DNA from: an uncultured Bacillota bacterium
Lineage (GTDB): Bacteria; Sysuimicrobiota; Sysuimicrobiia; Sysuimicrobiales; Segetimicrobiaceae
Direction: 5' to 3'
Length of the DNA: 64,000 bases
Assembly: GCA_963804645.1 (NCBI GenBank)
Contig: CAWDRG010000009.1
Coordinates: 128,001-192,000, forward strand
The number at the start of each line of letters is the position of its first letter. Position 1 is the stretch's first letter. The translations under genes and the position numbers were made by a program. The notes beneath the pieces were generated by a model. The model searched no databases and was not told where the DNA came from. It was given only the letters and a program-made list of their open reading frames with translations. Positions 18,715-27,996 of the stretch are shown here, one piece after another.

Positions 18715-19143
18715 CTAGTCTCTCGCGAACTCCGAGAAGTAGACGCGGTCGAGGCTCGCCGGCGCGAGAATCTCGCCGAACCGCGCCTGGAGCCGTCCCG
18801 TCACCGTCCGAAATCCCGCGGCCGTCCGCATGCTGTCGTACCGCTGGCCCTCGAACGTCCAGATCAACCCGTCGAGCAGCGCCGGCGTGCGGTCCGCCAC
18901 CATCTTGGCGAGCGCGTCCTTCCCCATCGGGCCCCGCATGACCAGGCTCACCTGGACCTTGAGGTACCGCACCCCGTCCGCGCCGTCGAGGTTGACGATC
19001 ACGGCCGGCAGCGGCACGACCGAGTACACCTTCGGCGTCGGGCGCGGCGACGCGGCCGGCCCGTGCGGGCGCAGCAGCAGCGCGGTGCCGGCCCCGAGGA
19101 CCACCGCGGCCAGTCCGAGCGCCACGCGCCGCCGGAGCGTCAC
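18715..19143 (-). CDS. fliL: FliL
   Basis: N-terminal TM, IVNLDGADGVRYLKV, RVYFSEF; GTG overlaps the motB stop. Confidence 0.9.
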   Translation of the reverse strand: MTLRRRVALGLAAVVLGAGTALLLRPHGPAASPRPTPKVYSVVPLPAVIVNLDGADGVRYLKVQVSLVMRGPMGKDALAKMVADRTPALLDGLIWTFEGQRYDSMRTAAGFRTVTGRLQARFGEILAPASLDRVYFSEFARD

Positions 19144-19895
19144 GGCGCCACCTGCTGCACGATGTGGGTGATCACGATCTCCACCCGGCGGTTGGCCGCC
19201 TGCCCGTCGGGCGTCAGGTTGGTGGCGAGCGGGTTGTTCGCGCCGTTGCCGCCCGCCGTGAGGATCGACGCGTCCACGCCGTCGGCGACGAGCGCGTGCA
19301 GCACGGCGAGTGACCGCGCCGACGACAGCTCCCAGTTGCTCGGGAAGAGCGGCGTCACGATCGGGCGCGAGTCGGTGTATCCCTCGACGCGCACCTTGTA
19401 GCCGCGCAACGTCACGAGAAACGCGGCGACCTTCCCGAGCACCGGCGCGGCCGCGGGCTTCAACTGCGCGGTTCCGGTGTCGAACAGCACGTCGGTCTGC
19501 AGCCGGATCGCCACGCCCGTATTCGCCTGGACCACGCGCATGTTCAGCTGGAGGCCGGCGTTCCGGATCGCGTGCACGAGCGAGGCCGTGGCCGGGGCCA
19601 TCGTCGGGGCCGCATGCAGCGCCGCGCCGTACCCCTGAAACGGCCGCGGGCCCGGCCCGATCGGCCCGGCTCCCCGCGGCTGCATGTCGAACGGCAGCGA
19701 TACCGCCCCGCCGTTCGGCTCGGCCATCGCCGACCGGATGCTCGCCGCCACCTGTCCGAACATCGGCTTGTGGGTGCTCGCGATGCTGAACAGCAGAATG
19801 AACAGCGCCAGCAGCAGCGTGATCATGTCCGCGTAGGTCAAGAGCCAGCGCTCGTTGTTCTCGTGCTCGGGTTCCGCCTTGCGCCGGCGGCTCAT
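19140..19895 (-). CDS. motB: Stator B subunit (MotB/MotS family)
   Basis: ERWLLTYADMITLLLALFILLFS, OmpA-like VEGYTD, NWELSSAR, NRRVEI. Confidence 0.95.
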   Translation of the reverse strand: MSRRRKAEPEHENNERWLLTYADMITLLLALFILLFSIASTHKPMFGQVAASIRSAMAEPNGGAVSLPFDMQPRGAGPIGPGPRPFQGYGAALHAAPTMAPATASLVHAIRNAGLQLNMRVVQANTGVAIRLQTDVLFDTGTAQLKPAAAPVLGKVAAFLVTLRGYKVRVEGYTDSRPIVTPLFPSNWELSSARSLAVLHALVADGVDASILTAGGNGANNPLATNLTPDGQAANRRVEIVITHIVQQVAP

Positions 19896-20731
19896 GAGGT
19901 CTGCGCTCCCGGCTGGCCGAGCGTCTCAACGGGCGGTTCGGCCGGCGGCGCTTCCGCTGCGGTACGGGTGGATCCGTACGCCGCGCGCTGCTGGGGCGGG
20001 AGCATGGCGACGAGGTGGTCGCGGAGCACGCTCGGGCTCTCGCCCCGGGCGATCCCGAGCGCGCCTTCCATCGCCAGCTCCTTGCTCACGGACTCGTGGT
20101 TGTGCTGGGCGCGCAGCTTGTTGGCCACCGGCAGCAGAAACAGGTTCGCCATCGACACGCCGTAGAGGGTCGCCATAAACGCCGATGCGATCGCCGGTCC
20201 GATCGAGCTCGGGTCCGCGAGGTTCTGCAGCATGTGGATCAATCCGACCACCGTCCCGATGATGCCGAGGGTCGGCGCAAAGCCCGCCGCGGTCGTGAAG
20301 AACCGCTCGCCGGTTTTGTGCCGCTCCTCCAGGTGGGCGCAGTCGTTCTCGAGCGCTTCACGGATCTTGGCCTCCTCGGTGCCGTCGATCACGAGCGTGA
20401 GCGCGCGCCGCACGAACGGGTCCGACTCCTCGTTGAGGGTCCGGTCCAGCTGCAGGATGCCCTGCTTGCGCGCCACCGTCGCGAAGTCCACCATCCGGTT
20501 CAACAGTGTGATGTTATCGTCGCCGGGCTTCGTCGTCTGCTTCAGCAGCGACACGAACTGCTTGACCTGCTCCATGCGCGCGCTCGCGAGCGTCGCGCCC
20601 GCCGTCCCGCCGATCACCAGGATGATCGCGGGGATGTTGAAGAACGTCGAGGGGCTCATGCCGTCGACCAGCATCGCGCCCACGAGCGCGCCCCAGGCGA
20701 GCCCGACCCCGATGAGCGTGCTGAGTTCCAT
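19892..20731 (-). CDS. motA: Stator A subunit MotA
   Basis: ARKQGILQLD, APTLGIIGTVVGLI, AFMATLYG, ANLFLLPVANKL. Confidence 0.96.
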   Translation of the reverse strand: MELSTLIGVGLAWGALVGAMLVDGMSPSTFFNIPAIILVIGGTAGATLASARMEQVKQFVSLLKQTTKPGDDNITLLNRMVDFATVARKQGILQLDRTLNEESDPFVRRALTLVIDGTEEAKIREALENDCAHLEERHKTGERFFTTAAGFAPTLGIIGTVVGLIHMLQNLADPSSIGPAIASAFMATLYGVSMANLFLLPVANKLRAQHNHESVSKELAMEGALGIARGESPSVLRDHLVAMLPPQQRAAYGSTRTAAEAPPAEPPVETLGQPGAQTS

Positions 20732-20735
20732 CCGG

Positions 20736-20942
20736 CTAGCCCTCGCCCGCCGGCACCGGCCCCGCGGCCAGGCGCCGTTTGTACGCGATCACCCGCGACA
20801 CCACCTCGTCCCGCGAGGTGCGGACGACGTAGTGCCGGCCGTTCGTGAGCACGATCATGGTGTCGGGGTTCTCGTCGATGCGCTCGATGAGATCCGCGTT
20901 GAGCATGAATTCCTTGCCGCTCAGGTGTTCAAGAATGATCAC
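20736..20942 (-). CDS. flbD: FlbD/SwrD family flagellar protein
   Basis: MIILEHLSGKEFMLNADLIERIDENPDTMIVLTNG...V. Confidence 0.92.
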   Translation of the reverse strand: MIILEHLSGKEFMLNADLIERIDENPDTMIVLTNGRHYVVRTSRDEVVSRVIAYKRRLAAGPVPAGEG

Positions 20943-20968
20943 GAGCCCCGATCACCTCCTCCGGAGAC

Positions 20969-20999
20969 GCGCGCCGGGGGGCCGCGGGCCCCCCGGCGC
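20969..20999 (-). terminator. GC hairpin after flgE
   Basis: gcgccggggg...cccccggcgc inverted repeat between flgE and flbD; no U-tract. Confidence 0.5.
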
Positions 21000-21016
21000 A
21001 CCGCGTAACGGCCGCG

Positions 21017-22546
21017 CTACGGCACCATCTGGATCGCGGCCTGCTGCATCGCCGTGATCGCGGTGATCGTGCGCGCGTCGGCCTGATAGCTCGACTGCGC
21101 TTGAATGACCTGCGTCAGCGCGTCGCTCATGTCCACGTTGCTCTCTTCGAGCGCGCCGCCAGCCAGGGTGCCGGCGCTGCCCGTGCCGGGCGCGGTGATC
21201 GCGGCGACACCGCTGTCAGGCGTCTCGGCCAGCTGGTTCTGCCCGACGCTGCTGAGGCCCTGAGGGTTGATGAAGGTCGCGAGCGCGATCTGCGCGATCG
21301 CCTGCTGCACGCCGTTGCTGTAACTCCCGGTCAGCACGCCGCTCGGACCGATCTGGAAGCTCTGCAGCGTGCCCGGCGACGAGCCGTTCTGCGTGCCGAG
21401 GGCGATCGTGGAGGCCGACCCGAACTGGGTGACGGTGCTCAGGTTCAAATTCGCGGCGACCGCCGCCGCGCCGTCGGTCGGGGTGATCGTGAGCGGCCCG
21501 CCGGTCTGCCCCGTGAGCTGGCCCGACGAGTTGAAGGTCATCGTCCCGCTGCCGGCCGACGTCACCGTGAGGGTGCCGAGCGCCTGCACGTTGCCATTCG
21601 CGGCCGGGATCCCGCCGGCGCCGGCGGTCGCCGTCATCGCGACCGTGGCCGTGGTGATTCCGCCAACCACGTTGTCGAACGTCACCGGCTGGCCGGCGCC
21701 CGTGCCGCCCGCGCCCGTGGCCACCGCCACCACCGTCGCGCCGCTCAGCACCTGGACGTTGCCGGTCGCCGTCTCCTGGATCGTATATGTCACGCCGCCG
21801 CCGAGCGTGCTGTCGGCGGGGATCGTCGGGTTGGCGGCAAACGGTGCGCCGCCTCCGAAGGCGCCCGCGGGGGTCGCGACGCTGCCTCCGCTCGGGACCG
21901 TCGCCGACCACGTCCACTGCCCCGACGCGAGCGGCGTGAACGAGAACGACACGGTCAGCGGATTCCCGAGCGAGTCGTAGACCGTGGCGAGCAGCGGCTG
22001 CGAGGCGGTCGCCCCGGCCTGCAGATTGCCCAACAGGCTCACCGTGGAGGTCGCGACCGGATCGATCTGCTGCGCGCTCGAAAGGTTGATCGGCGCGATG
22101 ACCCCCTGCGGGGTCACGACGCCGTTCACGCCCGTCCACCCCTCGATGAGCCCGCCGGTCGAGGCTTGCACCAGGTTGTTGCCCGCGTCGACCGACAGTT
22201 GGCCGTCGCGGGAGTACACCTGGTTGTCGCCCTGCTGCAGCACGAGGAAGCCGCCGCCCTGGATCGCCACGTCGGTCTGGACGCCGGTCTGCTGCACCGA
22301 CCCCTGACCCTCGTCCGCGAGAATCGCCCCGCGCTGCACGCCCAAGCCGATCTGGATCGGCGCGGTGCCGCCGGTCGTCGCGCTCGGCGCGGACGCCCCC
22401 GCGATGTTCTCGCTCAGCAGGTCCTCAAACGAGACCGTCTGCGCTTTGAACCCCGTCGTGTTCAGGTTGGCGAGGTTGTTGCTGATCACGTTCATCCACT
22501 GCGTCGCCGAATCCAATCCGCTGACGATCGTGTCCATGCCGGCCAT
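21017..22546 (-). CDS. flgE: Hook protein FlgE
   Basis: ISNNLANLNTTGFK, IGLGV, YSRDGQL, ALEESNVDM, YQADARTI. Confidence 0.96.
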   Translation of the reverse strand: MAGMDTIVSGLDSATQWMNVISNNLANLNTTGFKAQTVSFEDLLSENIAGASAPSATTGGTAPIQIGLGVQRGAILADEGQGSVQQTGVQTDVAIQGGGFLVLQQGDNQVYSRDGQLSVDAGNNLVQASTGGLIEGWTGVNGVVTPQGVIAPINLSSAQQIDPVATSTVSLLGNLQAGATASQPLLATVYDSLGNPLTVSFSFTPLASGQWTWSATVPSGGSVATPAGAFGGGAPFAANPTIPADSTLGGGVTYTIQETATGNVQVLSGATVVAVATGAGGTGAGQPVTFDNVVGGITTATVAMTATAGAGGIPAANGNVQALGTLTVTSAGSGTMTFNSSGQLTGQTGGPLTITPTDGAAAVAANLNLSTVTQFGSASTIALGTQNGSSPGTLQSFQIGPSGVLTGSYSNGVQQAIAQIALATFINPQGLSSVGQNQLAETPDSGVAAITAPGTGSAGTLAGGALEESNVDMSDALTQVIQAQSSYQADARTITAITAMQQAAIQMVP

Positions 22547-22580
22547 AGGTCGTCTCCTCCTGAAGGACAAGATGCGGGCG

Positions 22581-23006
22581 CTACGGCACGCTGACGAGAT
22601 TCCCGAACGGGATTTTCTCGTTGTTGATCGTGAGCATCGGGCCGCTCGTGCCGACCGCCGCGCCCGTGACGCTGCCCTGCACGGTGTCGCCGCTCGTGGG
22701 ATCCTGATACGTCACCGACTGCCCCACCAGCTGGAGCGCGGTCTGGAACTGCGTCGTCTGGCTCGCCTGCGCGGTCTCCTCGACGTCGGTCATCTGGGCG
22801 AGCTGCGTGACCATCGTCGTCGGATCGGTGGCGTTCGTCGGATCCTGGTGGCTGAGCTCCTCCAACAGCACCTGCAGAAACATCTGGCTGACCGGCGTGG
22901 TCGCGCCGCTGCCGTTGAGGCTCGCGGCGCCGCTCGGGCCGCTGGTCGATCCGGCCGCCGGCGTCGTCGCGGGCGTGGTGACTTGGTTAAGCACCGGACT
23001 GCTCAT
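22581..23006 (-). CDS. flgD: Hook cap FlgD
   Basis: FLQVLLEELSHQDPTN...MVTQLAQ...LVGQSV; GAGGAGG RBS. Confidence 0.93.
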   Translation of the reverse strand: MSSPVLNQVTTPATTPAAGSTSGPSGAASLNGSGATTPVSQMFLQVLLEELSHQDPTNATDPTTMVTQLAQMTDVEETAQASQTTQFQTALQLVGQSVTYQDPTSGDTVQGSVTGAAVGTSGPMLTINNEKIPFGNLVSVP

Positions 23007-24567
23007 GTGTGTCCTCCTCTGAGTCTGGCATCGTCGTGTGGAAGCTCTGGGCCGATCGCGGAGGCCGGTGCGACCCGCCCTGCGGGTGCCCGTTTGACGA
23101 ACGGTCGGACGACGCGGGCCGCACGGCGAGATCCGACAACTGCACCTCGTGCGACGCGAGGGCGGAGCGCAGGGCCCCGGCATGGTCCCGAAGCGTCTGC
23201 GCCATCCCCGGCGTCTGCGTCACGACGCGCGCCGACACCGCGTCCGCCCGGTCGGTGAGGGTGACCGTGACCGGTTGGTCACCGCCGGACCGAATCGTCA
23301 CGTGGGAGACCGAGCCGCCGGTCGGTGCGCCGGCGGCCGGTCCATCCGTCACGCGCCCCTGCGCCCCGGCACCTGCGGCCGACGCGGCGCTCCCGGACGA
23401 TGCGGGCCCGGACGCCGCACCGCCCTGCGGGGCCTGGTTCATGCCCTGCCCGATCCCCTGATACCCGCCGCCGCCGGCCTGCGCCTGTCCGCCGTTCCCG
23501 GCGGTCACGCCGCCGAGATCCACCGCCAGCGCCGCATCGGCACCCCGCCGGCCCCCGTCCCGTCCAGAGCCCGCGGAGCCGGCGGCGCTGTCGATCCTCG
23601 CCTGCACCACCGCCGCCACCCCGTCGGCGTTGATCCCGTTCGACCCCGCGGCCTGACCGGCGACCGGCTTGACGGCCTGCCCGCCGCGGACGAATGCGCC
23701 ATCGGGATCCCCGCCGCGACCGGGGGCTATCCCGCGGGGCGGCGACACGTCGACGCGGTCAGATGCGGGCGCGCCGGCCTTCGCCCCGCCCGTGGAGGCG
23801 GGCGCAGCGGAACTGGCCCCGCTCGGTGCGGCGGGCGCCGGGGCCTTGGCCCCGCCCGTGGAGACGGGCGACGATCCCTGGCCCGCGCGGGTCCCGGCGC
23901 TCCCTCCCGTTCCCGAGGCGGCGCTGCCCGCGGCGCCGGCAGCGCCGCGGTGCGTCGGGTCGGTTCCGGTCGACCCGCCGGCCGTGCCGCTCGCAAGCTG
24001 GCGGGCAATGTCGTCACGCGCGCGCATGATGTTCGAGACGTACGATTGGGTCTCGGGATAGGGAGGCACGCCGCCCCACGACGAGACGGCGCCGCTGCCG
24101 GCGTTGTAGGCCGCGAGCCCGAGCGGGACGGAGCCGAACTCGGTGAGCTTCTGCCGCAGGTAGTCCAACCCGCCGGCGAGGTTCTGCGTAGGATCGAGCG
24201 GCTTTGAGACGCCGAGCTCTTGGACCGTACCCGGCATCAACTGCATCAGCCCCAGCGCCCCGGACGGCGACACGGCGCTGGGATTTCCGCCGGATTCCTG
24301 CAGGACGACCGCGAGCGCGAGCGCCGGGTCGACGCCCTCGCGGCGCGCCTGGCTGATGATCAGCTCGCGCTCGCTCTGCGGCAGCTTGCTGAGCTCGGCC
24401 GCGGCGCTCGACCCCGTGCCGCTGGCGCCTCCCGAGACCTGGTTCAGGACGCTCGCGAACGTGGACGTGCCCCCGCCCGAGTCCCCCGAGGCGTCCCCGG
24501 AGATCCCGAAGCGGGATTGGATCGTGCCGATGCGCGCGAGCACGGCGCTGAGGCTGGCCGGCATCAC
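22987..24567 (-). CDS. fliK: Lytic transglycosylase (SLT) fused to a FliK-like hook-length-control C-terminal domain
   Basis: SLT motifs QESGG, GLMQLMP, AAYNAG, ETQSYV; long G/A/S/P linker; VTVTL...VSARVVT...LRDHAGALRSAL...V at the C-terminus; occupies the fliK slot between fliJ and flgD. Confidence 0.8.
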   Translation of the reverse strand: MMPASLSAVLARIGTIQSRFGISGDASGDSGGGTSTFASVLNQVSGGASGTGSSAAAELSKLPQSERELIISQARREGVDPALALAVVLQESGGNPSAVSPSGALGLMQLMPGTVQELGVSKPLDPTQNLAGGLDYLRQKLTEFGSVPLGLAAYNAGSGAVSSWGGVPPYPETQSYVSNIMRARDDIARQLASGTAGGSTGTDPTHRGAAGAAGSAASGTGGSAGTRAGQGSSPVSTGGAKAPAPAAPSGASSAAPASTGGAKAGAPASDRVDVSPPRGIAPGRGGDPDGAFVRGGQAVKPVAGQAAGSNGINADGVAAVVQARIDSAAGSAGSGRDGGRRGADAALAVDLGGVTAGNGGQAQAGGGGYQGIGQGMNQAPQGGAASGPASSGSAASAAGAGAQGRVTDGPAAGAPTGGSVSHVTIRSGGDQPVTVTLTDRADAVSARVVTQTPGMAQTLRDHAGALRSALASHEVQLSDLAVRPASSDRSSNGHPQGGSHRPPRSAQSFHTTMPDSEEDTHEQSGA

Positions 24568-25010
24568 GCGATGGTCCTCCGCGCGCGCTCCGCCACCATC
24601 TCGTCCGTGGCCCGCTCCTGCTCCCGCGCGGCCTCGAGGCGGTGGGTGGCGAGCGCGCGGTCCTTGAGGCGCTCGACGATCTCCGTCTCCTGGCGGCGCG
24701 CCTCGACGACTCCCCGCGCCTCGGCGACGGTCGCCGCGGCCTGGGCCAGCAGGGTGGACTCGCTCTCCAGCGCCGCGTGCATGCCGCGCAGGATGGTGTC
24801 CGCGGTCAGCACCTCGGTCGCCGTCGGACTCTCGAGCAGGCGGTCGCGGACGTCGTCCACCGCGTCCTGGATCTCCGACTCGACCGCCGCCACCCGTTCC
24901 TCGGCCTCGCGCTGCCGCACGACCGACGCGTGCAGCTCGGCCTGGGCCGCGAGCATGCGATGGTGGCGCACTTCGAGCAACCGCTCCAGAGGAAACCGAA
25001 ACTTCTTCAT
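24564..25010 (-). CDS. fliJ: Export protein FliJ
   Basis: MKKFRFPLERLLEVR...ERLKDR...EQERATDE. Confidence 0.92.
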   Translation of the reverse strand: MKKFRFPLERLLEVRHHRMLAAQAELHASVVRQREAEERVAAVESEIQDAVDDVRDRLLESPTATEVLTADTILRGMHAALESESTLLAQAAATVAEARGVVEARRQETEIVERLKDRALATHRLEAAREQERATDEMVAERARRTIA

Positions 25011-26326
25011 CCCTGCAACACCGTCCTCAGCTGGTTCACGATGCCCTCGGCTTGCCCGACCTCGTTCTGATCCTGCCGCAGAAACGTCTCCAGCCCGGCC
25101 GCCACGTGGCGCGCCCGGTCGATCCGCGGATTCGAGCCGGGCGTGTAGGCGCCGATGTTGATCAGATCCTCCGCCTCGCGCAGCGCCGCAAGATGCCCGC
25201 GGACCTCCTGCGCCAATCCGAGATGGTCCGTGCCCACCACGGCCGGCATCACCCGGCTCAGGGACTGGACGATGTCGATCGGAGGAAACCAGCCGCGCTG
25301 GGACAGCGCCCGCGACAGCACGATGTGGCCGTCGAGAATGCTGCGCGTCGCGTCGGCGATCGGATCCATCATGTCGTCCCCGTCGACCAGCACCGTGTAC
25401 AGCGCCGTGATGCACCCGCGCGCGGCCGTCCCGGCCCGCTCCAGCATCCGCGGCAGCTGCGCGAACGCCGAGGGCGTGTACCCGCGGGTCGCCGGGGGCT
25501 CGCCGGCCGCCAGCCCGATCTCCCGCTGGGCCATCATCCACCGGGTCACGGAGTCCATCAGCAGCAGCACGTCCTGTCCCTGGTCCCGAAACCACTCGGC
25601 GATCGCGGTCGCGACGAGCGGCGCCGTCGCGCGTACCATCGGCGGCTCATCGCTCGTGGCCACGACCACCACGCCGCGCGCGAGCCCCTGCGCGGAGATG
25701 ATCTCGAGGAACTCGTTCACCTCGCGGCCGCGCTCGCCGATGAGCGCCGTGACCACCACGTCCGCCTGGGCCGACCGCGCGAGCATCCCGAGGAGCGTGC
25801 TCTTGCCCACGCCGCTCCCGCTCATGATGCCGATGCGCTGGCCCCGCCCCAGCGTGAGGCAGCCGTCGATCGCGCGCACACCGGTCCACAGCGGCGTCGT
25901 GATCCGGGGACGGTCGAGCGGGTTCGGGGGCGATCGCCGGATCGGGGCCCAGTCGCGCCCGACCACCGGCGGCTTCCCGTCCAGCGGGTGTCCGAGCCCG
26001 TTCACCACGCGGCCGAGCACGTCGTCGCCCACCCGGATCGCCAGCGCCCGTCCGAACGGTACGACCTCGGCGCCGGCGCCCATGCCGCTGAGATGGCCGA
26101 GCGCCATCAGTAGGACGCGGCCCTGGCGGAACCCGACGACCTCCGCCTCGATCGCGGGCTCGGTCGGAGACGACTGCACGAGGCACAGATCGCCGACGGC
26201 GACGCCCTCGGGCCCGCGCGCCTCAAGGATCAGCCCCACGATGTCCGTGACCGTGCCGATGACCCGCACGAGCGACGCGTCGGAGACGCGCTGCGGAATC
26301 TCCGCGAGCAGCGGATCAAGATGCAT
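25007..26326 (-). CDS. fliI: Flagellar export ATPase FliI
   Basis: GSGVGKST Walker A, LIGERGREV, DSVTR, GEPPATRGY, LDGHIVLSR. Confidence 0.97.
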   Translation of the reverse strand: MHLDPLLAEIPQRVSDASLVRVIGTVTDIVGLILEARGPEGVAVGDLCLVQSSPTEPAIEAEVVGFRQGRVLLMALGHLSGMGAGAEVVPFGRALAIRVGDDVLGRVVNGLGHPLDGKPPVVGRDWAPIRRSPPNPLDRPRITTPLWTGVRAIDGCLTLGRGQRIGIMSGSGVGKSTLLGMLARSAQADVVVTALIGERGREVNEFLEIISAQGLARGVVVVATSDEPPMVRATAPLVATAIAEWFRDQGQDVLLLMDSVTRWMMAQREIGLAAGEPPATRGYTPSAFAQLPRMLERAGTAARGCITALYTVLVDGDDMMDPIADATRSILDGHIVLSRALSQRGWFPPIDIVQSLSRVMPAVVGTDHLGLAQEVRGHLAALREAEDLINIGAYTPGSNPRIDRARHVAAGLETFLRQDQNEVGQAEGIVNQLRTVLQG

Positions 26327-26999
26327 CGCCGTTCCTCACCAGCGCGGTATGAATCGCCGCGAGCTTGGCGTCGAGACGAGCGTCGACGAGGCCCCGCGAG
26401 GTCTCGACCACGCACCCGCCGCGGACGACGGTGCGGTCCGACCGAACCGTCACGTGCATGCCGGAGTCCCGCTCGAGCGCCTCGCGCACCGGCGCGAGCA
26501 GCGCCGCGTCGTCCGGGTGCAGCCGGAGCACAACCCGGTCGTCCTCCCGGATCGCCTCCAGCGCCGTGCGGACGATGGCCTCGAGGCGCGCCGGATCCGC
26601 GACGATCGCGCCCTGAGCCACGACCCCGGCGATGTGCACGATCGCGTCGACGACGCGGCCGCTGACGCTCGTGAGCAGCTGGTCGCGCGCCTCGGCGATC
26701 TGCGCGACCAGCCCCTGCGCCCGCTCGATCGAGTCGCGCAGCTGCTCGAGGCCCTGGGCCTTCCCCTCGCGCGCGCCCTGCGTGCGCGCCTGCTCGCGCA
26801 GCGCCTCCGCCTCGCGGCGCGCCTCCGCCAGCATCGTCTCCGCCTGCGCGCGCGCGGCGATCAGGATCTGCTCGGGCGTCATCCCGTCGACGATGGCGAC
26901 GTCGGCGATCGGCGGCCGGACGGGCGCGGGCACGACCTGCCCCGTCACGACGGCCCCGCGCACGAGGCGGGACGCGGTTCCGGACAGCACCTTAGACAA
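26316..26999 (-). CDS. fliH: FliH
   Basis: GAREGKAQG repeats, LRLHPDD, GGCVVETSRGLVDA. Confidence 0.9.
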   Translation of the reverse strand: MSKVLSGTASRLVRGAVVTGQVVPAPVRPPIADVAIVDGMTPEQILIAARAQAETMLAEARREAEALREQARTQGAREGKAQGLEQLRDSIERAQGLVAQIAEARDQLLTSVSGRVVDAIVHIAGVVAQGAIVADPARLEAIVRTALEAIREDDRVVLRLHPDDAALLAPVREALERDSGMHVTVRSDRTVVRGGCVVETSRGLVDARLDAKLAAIHTALVRNGDAS

Positions 27000-27996
27000 C
27001 GAGCTCCTCCTCGCCCCGGACCACGGTGATCTCGCCCGACTCCTCGAGCGCGCGGACGACCGCCACGATCGATCGCCGCGCGTTCTCCACGTCGCGGACG
27101 CGCGTCGCGCCCATCAGCTCCATCTCTTCCTTCACGACCTCCTGGGCGCGCTGGCTCAGGTTCCGCAGCATCTTCTCGCGCACGTCGTCCTGCGCGCCCT
27201 TCAGCGCCGTGGCCACGACCTTGTGCTCCACGTCCCGCAGCACACGCTGCAGCGTCGCGTCGCTCAGCATCAGCAGGTCGTCGAAGACGAACAGCAGCGC
27301 CTTGACCTCGTCCACCAGCGCGGGGTCCCGCTTCTCCAGCTCACCGAGGATGGCGCGCTCGGAGTCGCGGTCGACGCGGGTGATGATGTCGACCAGGGCC
27401 TTCACCCCCCCGGTCGGCTCCGCCGTCAGGGGCATCACGACGACGATCTTCTTCTCGAGCGAGTGCTCGACGCGGCGCAGCAACTCGGGGCTCACCGGCT
27501 GCGCCCGCGCGATCCGGTGGGCGAGATCCGCCTTGACCCCCGCCGACATGGCCTGCAGCGCGCGTCCGGCGACGTCGCTCGGGAGGTAGGACAGCGCCAG
27601 CGCCGCGGCCTGCGGATGCTCGTCCTGCAGCACCGCGGCGATCTGCTCGGGCCGCGCCCGCCGCATCCGGTCGAACATCGCGCTCTGCTTCGGCATCAGC
27701 TGCGCCAGCATGTCCTCGGCGCGCTGCGGCCCAACGGCGCCCTGCAGCAGCTCCCGGTAGTACGACATCCCGCCGCTCCCGCCGAACACCGTGGACCGCC
27801 CGAACTCCTTCAGCACCGCCTCGCGCTCCCCGTTGGGCGCGTTGCCGACGGCCATCATCTCTGCGAGGAGCGGCGCGACATCGTCCTCGTTGAGGTACTT
27901 GAGCACCTGCGCCGCCACGTCGCTCGGCAGCATCAACATGAAGATCGCCGCCTTCCGCCTGCCGGTCAGTCCGTTCGCCGTTGCCGCCGCGCTCAT
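26992..27996 (-). CDS. fliG: C-ring protein FliG
   Basis: GRRKAAI, EHPQAAALALSYL, GGVK, LFVFDDL, NLSQRA, LEESGEI. Confidence 0.96.
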   Translation of the reverse strand: MSAAATANGLTGRRKAAIFMLMLPSDVAAQVLKYLNEDDVAPLLAEMMAVGNAPNGEREAVLKEFGRSTVFGGSGGMSYYRELLQGAVGPQRAEDMLAQLMPKQSAMFDRMRRARPEQIAAVLQDEHPQAAALALSYLPSDVAGRALQAMSAGVKADLAHRIARAQPVSPELLRRVEHSLEKKIVVVMPLTAEPTGGVKALVDIITRVDRDSERAILGELEKRDPALVDEVKALLFVFDDLLMLSDATLQRVLRDVEHKVVATALKGAQDDVREKMLRNLSQRAQEVVKEEMELMGATRVRDVENARRSIVAVVRALEESGEITVVRGEEELVV

